DNA from: Nitrospirota bacterium
GTDB lineage: Bacteria; Nitrospirota; UBA9217
Direction: 5' to 3'
Assembly (NCBI GenBank): GCA_963754875.1
Contig: CAVWHO010000007.1
Span: forward strand, 64,001-128,000
DNA: 64,000 nucleotides
Shown here: positions 1 to 9,108 of the stretch, in pieces
How positions within the stretch are numbered: the first letter of the stretch is position 1
Layout: the number at the start of each line of letters is the position of its first letter
Made by a program: the position numbers and the translations under genes
Notes under the pieces: generated by a model
What the model saw: only the letters and a program-made list of their open reading frames with translations
What the model was told of the DNA's origin: nothing
Database searches by the model: none

Positions 1-858
1 TTTATATTTTGCTTTCAGATACCGCGCTAATGCGTCCTTCCAGTGCGGCAGAATGATCCCGAGTGATCGGGCCTTTGTGTTTGCCAGCGCAGAGTAAATA
101 GGCCGACCTATGTCGGTGCCCTTTTGGCCGCGGTCGATAGGCTTCATCTTCACCGTGTACCCCGTCATTTCATAAATAGCTTTTGTAAACTCGTACCACG
201 AGCACTTTCCTTCATTCACCAGGTGATAGATCCCCGGCTTTCGCTGGGGATGCTCAATGAGCTGTAAGACCGCTATGCTGAGATCTTGTGTATAGGTGGG
301 GGAGACGATCTGGTCGGCGCCCATCTGGAGATCTGCCTGCCTCTGCGCATCCTGTATGCGCTGATCGACGAAGTTGGCGCCTTCTGACTCGGCGCCGAAC
401 AAGCCGTAGAGCCCGCACGTCCTGACGACGAGGGCAAGCTCCGGTGCAGCGGCTAAGGCAATATATTCCCCGGCGAGACGGGAAATTCCATACATCTGCA
501 AGGGCGCGGGTTTATCGTCTTCGAGGTAGGAAGCATTTTTTTCGCCGTCGAACACGTAATCAGTGCTCACCGTAACCAAACCGGCGCCGACACGATTGCA
601 CGCCATGGCCAGGGCCCGTACGGCAACACAGTTCACGATAAACGCGCTGAGAGGGTCGGCCTCGCAGAGCGGGACATTATGAAAGTCGGTCGTATTAATG
701 ACGACGTCCGGCTTGAAATCGTTCATGATCACGTCGAGCGTTTCCCGCAATCTCACGTCGAGCACCGAAAGTTCGGGGGCATAGATTTCATGATATATGT
801 TGTTTTTCAGGATATCTGCGCCAAGCTGGCTGGTTTTATCGATAAGGAGAATTTTCAT
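1..858 (-). CDS. rfbD: dTDP-4-dehydrorhamnose reductase (RmlD/RfbD)-like SDR, 3' end runs off the window
   Basis: Hand translation from ATG at 858: MKILLIDKTSQLG...VSTDYVFDG...MYGISRLAGE...SPTYTQDL...GIYHLVNEGKCSWYEF, the RmlD motif set. Cofactor and catalytic motifs deviate. Confidence 0.8.
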   Translation of the reverse strand, partial: MKILLIDKTSQLGADILKNNIYHEIYAPELSVLDVRLRETLDVIMNDFKPDVVINTTDFHNVPLCEADPLSAFIVNCVAVRALAMACNRVGAGLVTVSTDYVFDGEKNASYLEDDKPAPLQMYGISRLAGEYIALAAAPELALVVRTCGLYGLFGAESEGANFVDQRIQDAQRQADLQMGADQIVSPTYTQDLSIAVLQLIEHPQRKPGIYHLVNEGKCSWYEFTKAIYEMTGYTVKMKPIDRGQKGTDIGRPIYSALANTKARSLGIILPHWKDALARYLKAKYK

Positions 859-907
859 GTGCAAAAAATTATCTTCAACCTGACGCTGTCGAGGATTCTG
901 CAGGGCC

Positions 908-2074
908 TCACGAAGAAGCGTTCATCGATTTTCTGCGGTTGGCCCCGGTTCTTCTGTCCTTACCGCCTCTTCGTTGAGATCCCTGATAGTTCGGTTCACT
1001 GAACCTCCTGCGTGCCTTTGAAGATCGGCGATCAGTCCGGGACCTGCGGTCTTTCTTGAGGACTTCAAAGAGGTAACCGAGCATTTCTTTTCTTTTTTTC
1101 GTGATGAACTTTTCATAAGCCATATCAACGTAAATGTCCGGCTCCGGCTGTTCGAAAGTATGGGCAGACAGCGAGATAAAAGCATGCTCGATCGCGGAAA
1201 AGACCCGCTGCTGTTCTTCGATGCTCCTGTACTTATTACTCCCGATCTCCGCCAGCGGGGCTTCGATCATCCGCATCGTCTTCCGCAGTTGCTCTTGGAG
1301 CGCTCCGTAGACGCTTTTGAGCAGGTTGATATCTTCCCGTACGACGGACGACATTTTTCCCGCGATCAGATTGACCTCTCGTATCGCGCGCTCAAGGTTC
1401 TGCGCGGCGATCTTGCCGGCAAGCAGTGCTTTTTGGGGCCGTCCTTTAATGTCATCGATGATCTGGTTTTCCGTCTTGCCGATGACATTCGGGTCGGAAA
1501 TCATGGCGATCGATGATTCGCAGCGCTTTTCAATTGTGGCCAGGGTGCCCTGGATATACAGTGCCGTGCGGTACAGTTCTGCTGAAACTGCAAGCGCGGG
1601 CGGCTTGAGTGCTTCGAGAATTTTTTTTCGCTCGTTGATCATCTCCTGGAGTCTCACCATCCTGAGCACTTCATTAAGATTGTCCTTGCTGAGCCTGCTC
1701 AGTGTCTCCTCGGCTGACCGGATGAATGAGACCAGAGTGTTGCAATCGATCGATTTGAGTTTGAGCGTATGGAGGTGATAGTTAAATAGTTCTAATGCAG
1801 ACAGGAGATTGTGATCTGCGAACCGGGAATAACGGAGAACGGCACTGGCCATTTGTTTGTGGAGGTCCTCTCGCTTCGCATCCTGCAGCTGCGTTCGTCC
1901 GAAAGCAAAAGCGCTTTCGAGCAGGCGGCGATAGGAGACGAGGCCATCGCCGTGCAGACCTTTGCCGCCGTCCCTGCCCGTGCTTTCGAGAAAAGCACGC
2001 ATCTGGTCCGGCTTGGGCTTGAGGTTGCCGTCAGGCGTGAAGGGAATGCTGAATAGGTACTTGTCGTTCGTCAT
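908..2074 (-). CDS. Hypothetical helical protein with C-terminal Arg-rich DRR repeats
   Basis: 388-aa ORF; tail KKDRRSRTDRR...NYQGSQRRGGKDRRTGANRRK. Confidence 0.75.
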   Translation of the reverse strand: MTNDKYLFSIPFTPDGNLKPKPDQMRAFLESTGRDGGKGLHGDGLVSYRRLLESAFAFGRTQLQDAKREDLHKQMASAVLRYSRFADHNLLSALELFNYHLHTLKLKSIDCNTLVSFIRSAEETLSRLSKDNLNEVLRMVRLQEMINERKKILEALKPPALAVSAELYRTALYIQGTLATIEKRCESSIAMISDPNVIGKTENQIIDDIKGRPQKALLAGKIAAQNLERAIREVNLIAGKMSSVVREDINLLKSVYGALQEQLRKTMRMIEAPLAEIGSNKYRSIEEQQRVFSAIEHAFISLSAHTFEQPEPDIYVDMAYEKFITKKRKEMLGYLFEVLKKDRRSRTDRRSSKARRRFSEPNYQGSQRRGGKDRRTGANRRKSMNASS

Positions 2075-2131
2075 GGCAATAAATTAGGGGACCAGGTCAA
2101 TCGTACGCGGCTGCAACTTGATGTTGTAATG

Positions 2132-2272
2132 CAAAAAACCGCATGAGCAGGCAAGTCGTGAACGCCTCCTTATTTCTTGAGAGAAGGTGAACCCTGCGAC
2201 TTGCAATCCTCCGGCTCCGGCCGGGTCCGCGCCCTCACCATGAAACGCCGTTCATGGCTCCTGTTTGTTGAC
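2132..2272 (-). ncRNA. Candidate structured leader RNA or sRNA upstream of the 388-aa gene
   Basis: Minus strand: extended -10-like TGcTAATAT near 2277-2285; hairpins CCATGAA/TTCATGG and GCAAGTCG...CGACTTGC; terminator-like CTGC-tcat-GCGG-T6. No family recognised. Confidence 0.35.
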
Positions 2273-2583
2273 ACTATATTAGCACAGTTCGCGCACGAAG
2301 AAAACTGGGAAATTGGAGGAGCAAGGAGCATGCTAACACTTCTTTGCGCTGTATAGCTCTCATCTTAAATAGAGTAAGGAGCGTCCGTTTCCCCTGCCCT
2401 GAGTTCTCTTGGATTCACCTCCCGGCAGGATGACCGGTCCGTCGCCCTCTGGTCCGCCTCCCGCTCCGGGAACCGCTTTGCTCCGATCAGGCGCGTATTA
2501 TTCGTTATGGACCCTATTGAAAAATAATATTCATCGCAGTATCATGGGACCAGTATGATTCATTAGACCATAAGGAGAGACCT

Positions 2584-2835
2584 ATGAATGAGGCCCTGCG
2601 GGAAGAGGAGAAGAAACTCCGGATGCTGAAGTTCGTCGTGGACCTCAACCTGGCGGTCCTGATGCAGCAGAGCGACCTTACCTTGCGCGAAGCGTTCGAT
2701 ATATTGAAAAACACGAAGCAGGCCGCGTTGAACCTGTTCCCGGACAAGGAGCAGGTATTCGAGCTCATCTATTCTCCGAGATTTCGGCGCATTATCAGGG
2801 AACGATTCGTGATTCGAGGGGGTCTTGCTGGATAG
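2584..2835 (+). CDS. Small conserved-looking hypothetical protein
   Basis: 83-aa ORF with AAGGAG SD; helical, LFPDKEQVFELIYSPRFRRII. Confidence 0.8.
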   Translation: MNEALREEEKKLRMLKFVVDLNLAVLMQQSDLTLREAFDILKNTKQAALNLFPDKEQVFELIYSPRFRRIIRERFVIRGGLAG

Positions 2836-2848
2836 CCGCTATAAGATG

Positions 2849-3565
2849 TTACTGAATGATCCTCATCTTTTTTTCGACCACGCTGGTCACTTCCGTTTTA
2901 TAAGGATCGCTGCTGCCCCCTGAGTAAAAAAATTCCGATTTCACGAGTTCTTCCGCGTGCTCTGCGGGCGGATAGACCTTCAGGTACTTGATCCTGCCTT
3001 TTTCGTCATACTCATACACCGTATAGCCGATCACCGTTTCCCGCGAGTTCACGACGACGTGTTTCAGCTCCGTTGCCGTAACCGGGATGCTCGACACGAC
3101 CCCGACGACAAAACCGGTCACGCTGCCGATCACGAGGGGGGCAGTCAGGATCGCCAGGCCGACGAGCGCCTCATCCCGCGACGAAGCGGGATAGTTGCCA
3201 TAGAAGCGGAAGTTACCCGTCAGTTCCAAACCAGTTTCAAATCCTCTGCCCGTCCACTCATAAATGACCGCAAAAGGTTTGCTCAAATCTGCCTTCTGCT
3301 GTTCAACGATCGCAATGTCGTAGGAGCGGACCGGCTTGTTATTGACCGCGTGCACGATCGAAAACCGGTCCCCGTTCCTGCCCGGGCGTTTGCTTATGAC
3401 GTGCGAAAACAGCGGGCGGCCGTGAGCATCGTATTCTATTTTATCCACCAGAAAGGTCGTCTGCTTCGGTACGAAAGGATATTCCGTGTCGGGCTTGACC
3501 CGCTCGGTCATGCATCCAAGCGGGATCAGCAGGAGTGAACAAATGACCGCCATCAGCGACTTCAT
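2849..3565 (-). CDS. Putative lipoprotein
   Basis: Start MKSLMAVICSLLLIPLGC (lipobox) after GAGGAG SD; internal Gly-rich hydrophobic segment. Confidence 0.7.
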   Translation of the reverse strand: MKSLMAVICSLLLIPLGCMTERVKPDTEYPFVPKQTTFLVDKIEYDAHGRPLFSHVISKRPGRNGDRFSIVHAVNNKPVRSYDIAIVEQQKADLSKPFAVIYEWTGRGFETGLELTGNFRFYGNYPASSRDEALVGLAILTAPLVIGSVTGFVVGVVSSIPVTATELKHVVVNSRETVIGYTVYEYDEKGRIKYLKVYPPAEHAEELVKSEFFYSGGSSDPYKTEVTSVVEKKMRIIQ

Positions 3566-3593
3566 AACACTATGGCTCCTCGGCGGGAACGGA

Positions 3594-4736
3594 TCATACG
3601 GCGGCCTTCCGCACGAGTTCAATGACCGTAACTTCCGGCGGGGCAAGAAAACGGATGGGCGGGCCCCACGTACCCGTGCCCCGGCTGACATGCAGGAGGG
3701 ACGCGTTGCCGAGATCATAGTTGCCTGCATTCAGCGGGAAAAAGATCATGGTAAACAGCCTGAAAGGGAAGATCTGGCCTTTGTGCGTGTGGCCGGAGAG
3801 CTGCAGATCGAAGAGCCCGATAGTCGAGCGGTCTATTATTGGCTGGTGCTTCAGAAAGAGCCTAAACCGGTCCCGCGGCAGCGCTTCCAGAAGTTTTTTC
3901 TCCGATATCGGCTTCTCCAGTTTCATCAGGACGGCGGTCCGGTCATCGACCCCGGCGATGGTGATCGGCCCGACCGGAAGTGCTTCGTTTTGAAGAATGG
4001 TGAACCCCGCTTCTCTGGTGAAAGCGAGCGCCGTGTCGATCCCGGCAAAGTACTCGTGATTTCCCGTGATCGCGTAGTTTCCGTATTTTGTTTTTACCCC
4101 GCGAAGAAGTTCGGCAAGACCTTCGAGGTGGTTGATCTGCGCATCGACCAGATCGCCGGTGGACAAAAAGATATCGGGCTTGGCTGCCTTGACGATCTCG
4201 ATCATTTTTTCGAGACGATCGCACCGGATGATCAGGCCGAGATGGACGTCGGAAATCTGGACGATCGTGAGCCGGTCTATCCCCGCGGGCAGCTTCGCTG
4301 TCTCGATCGTCACCCGTTCTGCCCCGATCGTGCGGGCTTCAAAATATCCGTACAAGCAAATGCAGAGAGAAAGGGCGACGCTCGCGAGGAACGACGTTCG
4401 TGCCGAGAACAGGTACGCGGAAACATCGGAACGGGTCATCCATCCCGATGCACGGGTGATGAGGCCCGCGATGTCGAAGACAAGGGAGCCGCAGAAAAAG
4501 AGGAACAAGCCGGCCATCCAGAAATAGGAGATATATGCGAGCACTCTGGCCGGGAGGTCATAGTCAAGCTGCTCGAGCGTGCGGATCAGGAAGACCGCAA
4601 CGACCATAAACGCCATGAAGGCGGCAAGCGCGATCCCTGCTGCCGGCCCGAAGGCCAGCGCGCTTCGGGCGCGCAGGAAGGTATAGACGTGCGCGCCGCC
4701 GTAGACGACAAAGACAAAAAGAATGAAAAGTCTCAT
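3594..4736 (-). CDS. Membrane-anchored calcineurin-like metallophosphoesterase (YkuE/YaeI type)
   Basis: N-terminal TM helices; SDVH, GDLVD, GNHE and GHTH motifs. Confidence 0.9.
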   Translation of the reverse strand: MRLFILFVFVVYGGAHVYTFLRARSALAFGPAAGIALAAFMAFMVVAVFLIRTLEQLDYDLPARVLAYISYFWMAGLFLFFCGSLVFDIAGLITRASGWMTRSDVSAYLFSARTSFLASVALSLCICLYGYFEARTIGAERVTIETAKLPAGIDRLTIVQISDVHLGLIIRCDRLEKMIEIVKAAKPDIFLSTGDLVDAQINHLEGLAELLRGVKTKYGNYAITGNHEYFAGIDTALAFTREAGFTILQNEALPVGPITIAGVDDRTAVLMKLEKPISEKKLLEALPRDRFRLFLKHQPIIDRSTIGLFDLQLSGHTHKGQIFPFRLFTMIFFPLNAGNYDLGNASLLHVSRGTGTWGPPIRFLAPPEVTVIELVRKAAV

Positions 4737-5812
4737 CTGCCGAAACTCACCCCCATACCCTCGGCGATCTTGACCAGTTCGCTGTCCGGTTCGACGAGCT
4801 TGAGACAGCTGATCGCCCTTTCGAGCGGCACCGACGTGATGAGCGGCGGCTGGTAGGAGACCATCTCGCCGAACTTCTTCTGCGCAATGAGCTCCACTGC
4901 GGCCGCGCCGTACCGCGTTGCGAGGAGCCGGTCAAAGGGACAGGGGCTGCCCCCGCGCTGCACATGGCCGAGCACGGTCACGCGCGTCTCGAAGCTCGTG
5001 CGCTTGCTGATCTCGTTCGCGACGATCTCTCCCATGCCGCCGAGTCTGAGCACGTATCCGTCGGATGCCTTCTCGCGAACGGCCATCTCTCCTCCCGCCG
5101 GCTTGGCTCCCTCGGCAACGACCACGATGCTCGACTTGCTCCCCGCCTTTTTTCGTTCGAGCAGTTTTTCCGTCACTTTATCGATGCTGAAGGGGATCTC
5201 CGGGATCAGGATGACGTCTGCGCTGCCTGCCATGCCGGCTTCGAGCGCGATCCATCCTGCGTATCGGCCCATCACCTCGAGCACGATCACGCGCTGGTGG
5301 CTCTCTGCCGTGGTGTGCAGCTTGTCGAGCGCTTCGGTCGCCGTGTCCACTGCAGTCTGAAAGCCGAAGGTCACATGGGTGGCCATGAGGTCGTTGTCGA
5401 TGGTTTTAGGTACGCCGATCACGGGGACGCCGAGCTTCTGGAGCCCCTGACCGATCTTGAGGGAGCCGTCGCCGCCGATCACGACGAGGACATCGAGGCC
5501 CAGGTCCCTGATATTGTTGACGACCTCCGAGGACATGTCCTCCACGATCTCCCTGCCGTTCACAACGGTCTTGTGCGCGAACGGGTTTCCGCGGTTCGTG
5601 GTCCCGAGGATCGTGCCGCCGACGAACAGGATCCCGCGGGTGTTCCAGGAAGTGAGCTGGCGGGTTTTTGTCGGCGTAAGCAGGCCCTCGAATCCGTCGA
5701 TGATCCCGGTCACTTCCCAGCCGTATTTGAAAATTGCAGTCTTCGCGACCGCCCGGATGACCGCATTGAGCCCCGGTGCATCACCCCCGCCCGATAGAAC
5801 GCCGATTCGCAT
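4733..5812 (-). CDS. pfkA: 6-phosphofructokinase
   Basis: GGGDAPGLNAVIR, GGTILGT, GGDGS, PKTIDND, EVMGR and LGHVQRGG motifs. Confidence 0.95.
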   Translation of the reverse strand: MRIGVLSGGGDAPGLNAVIRAVAKTAIFKYGWEVTGIIDGFEGLLTPTKTRQLTSWNTRGILFVGGTILGTTNRGNPFAHKTVVNGREIVEDMSSEVVNNIRDLGLDVLVVIGGDGSLKIGQGLQKLGVPVIGVPKTIDNDLMATHVTFGFQTAVDTATEALDKLHTTAESHQRVIVLEVMGRYAGWIALEAGMAGSADVILIPEIPFSIDKVTEKLLERKKAGSKSSIVVVAEGAKPAGGEMAVREKASDGYVLRLGGMGEIVANEISKRTSFETRVTVLGHVQRGGSPCPFDRLLATRYGAAAVELIAQKKFGEMVSYQPPLITSVPLERAISCLKLVEPDSELVKIAEGMGVSFGR

Positions 5813-6030
5813 GATAACCTCCGATGAAAAGATAGGGTCAAGGGTCAAGTGCCAAGGGTTATGGCAAACAGGCTGACCGTATGGTCCTTGCTGTATTGCT
5901 ACTTGTTTCTAGCACACCGTAAACTTAATTGTTGATGGTTCCGCATCGTTATTCCAGCTTAAATCGTGCACGGGTGACGAGCAAAAGAGTTGCACTACCA
6001 TCAAGAACTATTTTGACGTGTACTAGTCCC

Positions 6031-6867
6031 TCAAGTCCCCAGCAATCCCGCCCCGTTGTCACAAGCGATCCCCGTCACTTCCTCGTGCGTTAACCCTGCT
6101 TCGATGAAATACGCCAGCTCCGCATCATACGTCTCCCGGTAGCGGGGATCAGGCAAAACGCAGTCCGTCCCGATGGTCAGGCCGATACCAATGTGATGCG
6201 CGTACCGGATCATTGCGAGATGGGATTCGATGAGACCCTTGATATAGCCCTGCATCTCGTCCCCCGTCTCGGCGACCTCAGCTGCCCGTGCAAGCGCCCC
6301 GACAGTAGGCGTCCAGAATGTACCGTGTCTCGCCAAGACATCAAGCGCCCGCGCAGTCATAAAGAAACCATGCTCGATCGAACGAACGCCTGCTTCCGCC
6401 GATGCGATGATCGCCTGCTCACCGTTCGCGTGGGCCATGACCTCGAGACCTTCGCACCGCGCCGCCTGCACGAGCGCAACCAGCTCCTCTTTGTCAAATC
6501 CTCCCGGCGTGATGGCGCCCCGTGTCTTGAGGCTGACCATCCCCGAAGCGACGACTTTTATGATATCAGCCCCTGCAGACTTGAGAACGTGGATTTCTCT
6601 AAAAAACTCATCCCTGCCTTCCACCGGAGTACCGAAGGAAGAGCCATAGCCGCCTTTTTTATAAAGCGCCCGTCCTGCAGAACGTATCGCGGGCACGCCC
6701 TGCTGCCCACTACGCCTGACGAGACGGAGGCCGGCGGCGCTTTTCGTGCCTGCGTCACGCACGGCACCAACGCCTGCAGCGATGACCGCTTCGATGCCGT
6801 TGCTCTCCCTGATGTGCACATGGGTGTCCACAAAACGAGCGTTGCGGGTCCTGTCTTGATCATGCAT
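6031..6867 (-). CDS. Amidohydrolase family protein
   Basis: DTHVH, IIKVV, MAHA, IEHG and GTD metal-binding pattern. Confidence 0.85.
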   Translation of the reverse strand: MHDQDRTRNARFVDTHVHIRESNGIEAVIAAGVGAVRDAGTKSAAGLRLVRRSGQQGVPAIRSAGRALYKKGGYGSSFGTPVEGRDEFFREIHVLKSAGADIIKVVASGMVSLKTRGAITPGGFDKEELVALVQAARCEGLEVMAHANGEQAIIASAEAGVRSIEHGFFMTARALDVLARHGTFWTPTVGALARAAEVAETGDEMQGYIKGLIESHLAMIRYAHHIGIGLTIGTDCVLPDPRYRETYDAELAYFIEAGLTHEEVTGIACDNGAGLLGT

Positions 6868-6903
6868 ATCTCATAATAGATGAACCGGCCGTCTTCCCGC
6901 AAC

Positions 6904-9108
6904 TTAAAAATTGACGACCAGTCGAAACCCTACCTGGTAGTAATTAAACCCGGCGGTCGATCCGACAGCGTAGTTCCCCCCCTCGGCGGTGAGTTCGCCT
7001 GACGTGTTCTTCTTCCTTGTCCATCCCGCGGACGCCGCGTAACCGGCGAAATAGTTTCCGCTCGTTTCTCCATACCGTTTGAAAGACTGGTACCCGGTGT
7101 ACGGCTCCAGGGAAGCGTAAAGCCCTTCGCGTTCGGCATAGAGGGAGACATAAATCTGGTGGGAGATGAAATCTTCCGGATCGAAGTACCCGCTCCCGCT
7201 CTGGCGGCGGAAGTTCCAGTATCGGAACCGGTAGCCCGTGGCTATCTTGGCGGGAGCAGTCACGACTGTGTACCGTACGCCTGCCCCCAGATCGTCCAAA
7301 TCGTTGCTGTCGGAGTAGCTGGCACGAGTATAGCTTTCCGTAAACGTCCATCGTGGGGACGCCGTTTCGGACAGCGTGACCGTCCCGGCCGTCCGCTTGA
7401 TCCTGTTTTGAATGAGCTCGGCCGTATCCGATAGCACGTCTCTCGACGCGTTCACACTGACCGCCCACCACCCTCTGTCGATATCTGCAATGGCCTGGCC
7501 GACGAGATCGTTCCGGGTCCCGCCGGCGGTACTACTGATGCCCGCTCTCACGGCCGTGCTCAGTCTGCTCTCATGCCTGCGAGCCGTAATCGAGATGGTT
7601 TCGGCCCATTCGTGCCGCTCGGGATCGTTCGCTTCGATCAGCCAGTACACCAACTCCGCTTCCCAGTTGCGGGCCCAGAAGCCGTACACGAGTCCCGAGC
7701 GCTTCACCGTGTTATCGTCGGAGTCCCGGTAATAGCCTGCCTGAAGGCCGATAGGGGACGCCGTCGCTGCGCTGAGCGCTTCTGAGAATGTTGTCAGTTC
7801 TTTTCGCTGATCTGCGGAGACGGGACTCAGGGTCTTTCCGATCTCCTGCGCCTTATCTTTTTTTCCGGCATCCAGATACGCATACGCGAGGCCAAGCCGT
7901 GCGTCGAAGCTCTCCCCCTTGGCAAGAACGCGTTCGTAGAGCGGAATCGAGGCGCTGGCCTCCCCCCGCCATCTGACTATGTTTGCTTTGACCAACAGCG
8001 CCTCTCGGTCATCGGGCTCCGCCTTCAAGACCGTGTCAACTGCGGACTGCGCCTCATTCAGTTTCCCCGACCACGACAACACTTTCGCCAAGTACAGGAG
8101 GGCTTTATTGTTTGACGGATCCCCCTCCAAAATTGCCCGCAGGGCGCCTATTGACTCCTCCCGGCGGCCTGCCCAGGATATCACGGTTGCCATGCGAAGG
8201 CGCTCTTCTTCGGTAAAAGCAGATGCATCCAGAGACAATGCCTGTATATATTCGTCGGCAGCGCGTTTGTTGTCATCCTGCCCCGCGTACTCGTCGCCTC
8301 GTTTTTTTCTATCATGGGCCTCCTCGGTCTTGCGTTGCACGGCATCGGCGGATTTTTCGGAAGACACCGCTGGCCCGGAACCTCCCTGCCTGTGCTCGTG
8401 AGGCGAAACCGCACTGAGTCTCTTCTGTAATTTTGCCAGTTCTTTTCGCTGAGCTTCGAAAACAGGCATCAGGGTTCTGCCGATTTCCTGCGCCTTCTCC
8501 TCCATCCCGGTATCCAGATACGCATAGGCGAGGCCAAGCCGTGCCTCAAAGCTCTCCCCTTTTGCAAGAACGCGTTCATAGAGCGGGATTGAGGCACCGG
8601 CGCCTCCCCTCCATCTGAGTACGTTTGCTTTGACCAGGAGCGCCTCCCGGTCGTCGGGATACCGGGACAGGACCGTGTCCGCTTCGACCTGCGCTTCGTC
8701 CAACTTGCCCGACCAGGACAAAAACTGAGCAAGTTGCGCGCGGGCCTCTCGGTTTTCCCGGTCCTCCGCCAGAATCGCCCGAAGGATGCGTGAGGCGTCC
8801 TCGAGGCGATCCGCCCAGGATACCACGATTGCCATGCGAAGGCGCTCCTCCACGGTAAAGGCCGCAGTGTCCACGGACAGTGCCTGTATATATTCATCGG
8901 CAGCGCGTTTGCTGTCATCCTGCGCTGCGTACTCGTCGCCCTTTTTTTTTCTTGCTCGGGCCTCCTCGGCCCTGCTTTTTCCTTTGCTGACAGCCGTTAC
9001 AGAAAAAGCTGCGTTTCCCGTACCTGCCTGTTTCTGCTCTCCGGCAAAAACGGGTGTCGTGCACGCACCGAGGAGAATGCAGGCAATCATCAGGCGTCTT
9101 GCACTCAT
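6904..9108 (-). CDS. TPR-repeat outer-membrane polysaccharide export protein (PgaA/YaiO-like C-terminal beta-barrel)
   Basis: Signal peptide, duplicated TPR block, C-terminal amphipathic beta strands with GYFDP motif, terminal Phe. Confidence 0.75.
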   Translation of the reverse strand: MSARRLMIACILLGACTTPVFAGEQKQAGTGNAAFSVTAVSKGKSRAEEARARKKKGDEYAAQDDSKRAADEYIQALSVDTAAFTVEERLRMAIVVSWADRLEDASRILRAILAEDRENREARAQLAQFLSWSGKLDEAQVEADTVLSRYPDDREALLVKANVLRWRGGAGASIPLYERVLAKGESFEARLGLAYAYLDTGMEEKAQEIGRTLMPVFEAQRKELAKLQKRLSAVSPHEHRQGGSGPAVSSEKSADAVQRKTEEAHDRKKRGDEYAGQDDNKRAADEYIQALSLDASAFTEEERLRMATVISWAGRREESIGALRAILEGDPSNNKALLYLAKVLSWSGKLNEAQSAVDTVLKAEPDDREALLVKANIVRWRGEASASIPLYERVLAKGESFDARLGLAYAYLDAGKKDKAQEIGKTLSPVSADQRKELTTFSEALSAATASPIGLQAGYYRDSDDNTVKRSGLVYGFWARNWEAELVYWLIEANDPERHEWAETISITARRHESRLSTAVRAGISSTAGGTRNDLVGQAIADIDRGWWAVSVNASRDVLSDTAELIQNRIKRTAGTVTLSETASPRWTFTESYTRASYSDSNDLDDLGAGVRYTVVTAPAKIATGYRFRYWNFRRQSGSGYFDPEDFISHQIYVSLYAEREGLYASLEPYTGYQSFKRYGETSGNYFAGYAASAGWTRKKNTSGELTAEGGNYAVGSTAGFNYYQVGFRLVVNF
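7795..8967 (-). repeat. Intragenic tandem duplication with 642-bp period (about 530 bp similar per copy)
   Basis: CAGTTCTTTTCGCTGA at 7795 and 8437; blocks KRAADEYIQALS, DDREALLVKAN and SIPLYERVLAKGESF each occur twice. Confidence 0.9.

Noticed and set aside
2132..2495. Known riboswitch, 6S or SRP RNA
   Set aside because: Could not match c-di-GMP-I/II, c-di-AMP, SRP or 6S consensus features by eye; kept only as an unnamed candidate.
3486..4856. Long antisense ORFs (e.g. 456 aa here, 433 aa at 16070, 418 aa at 25308, 334 aa at 28852, 310 aa at 58727)
   Set aside because: Shadows of well-supported genes on the other strand in GC-rich DNA; no motifs.
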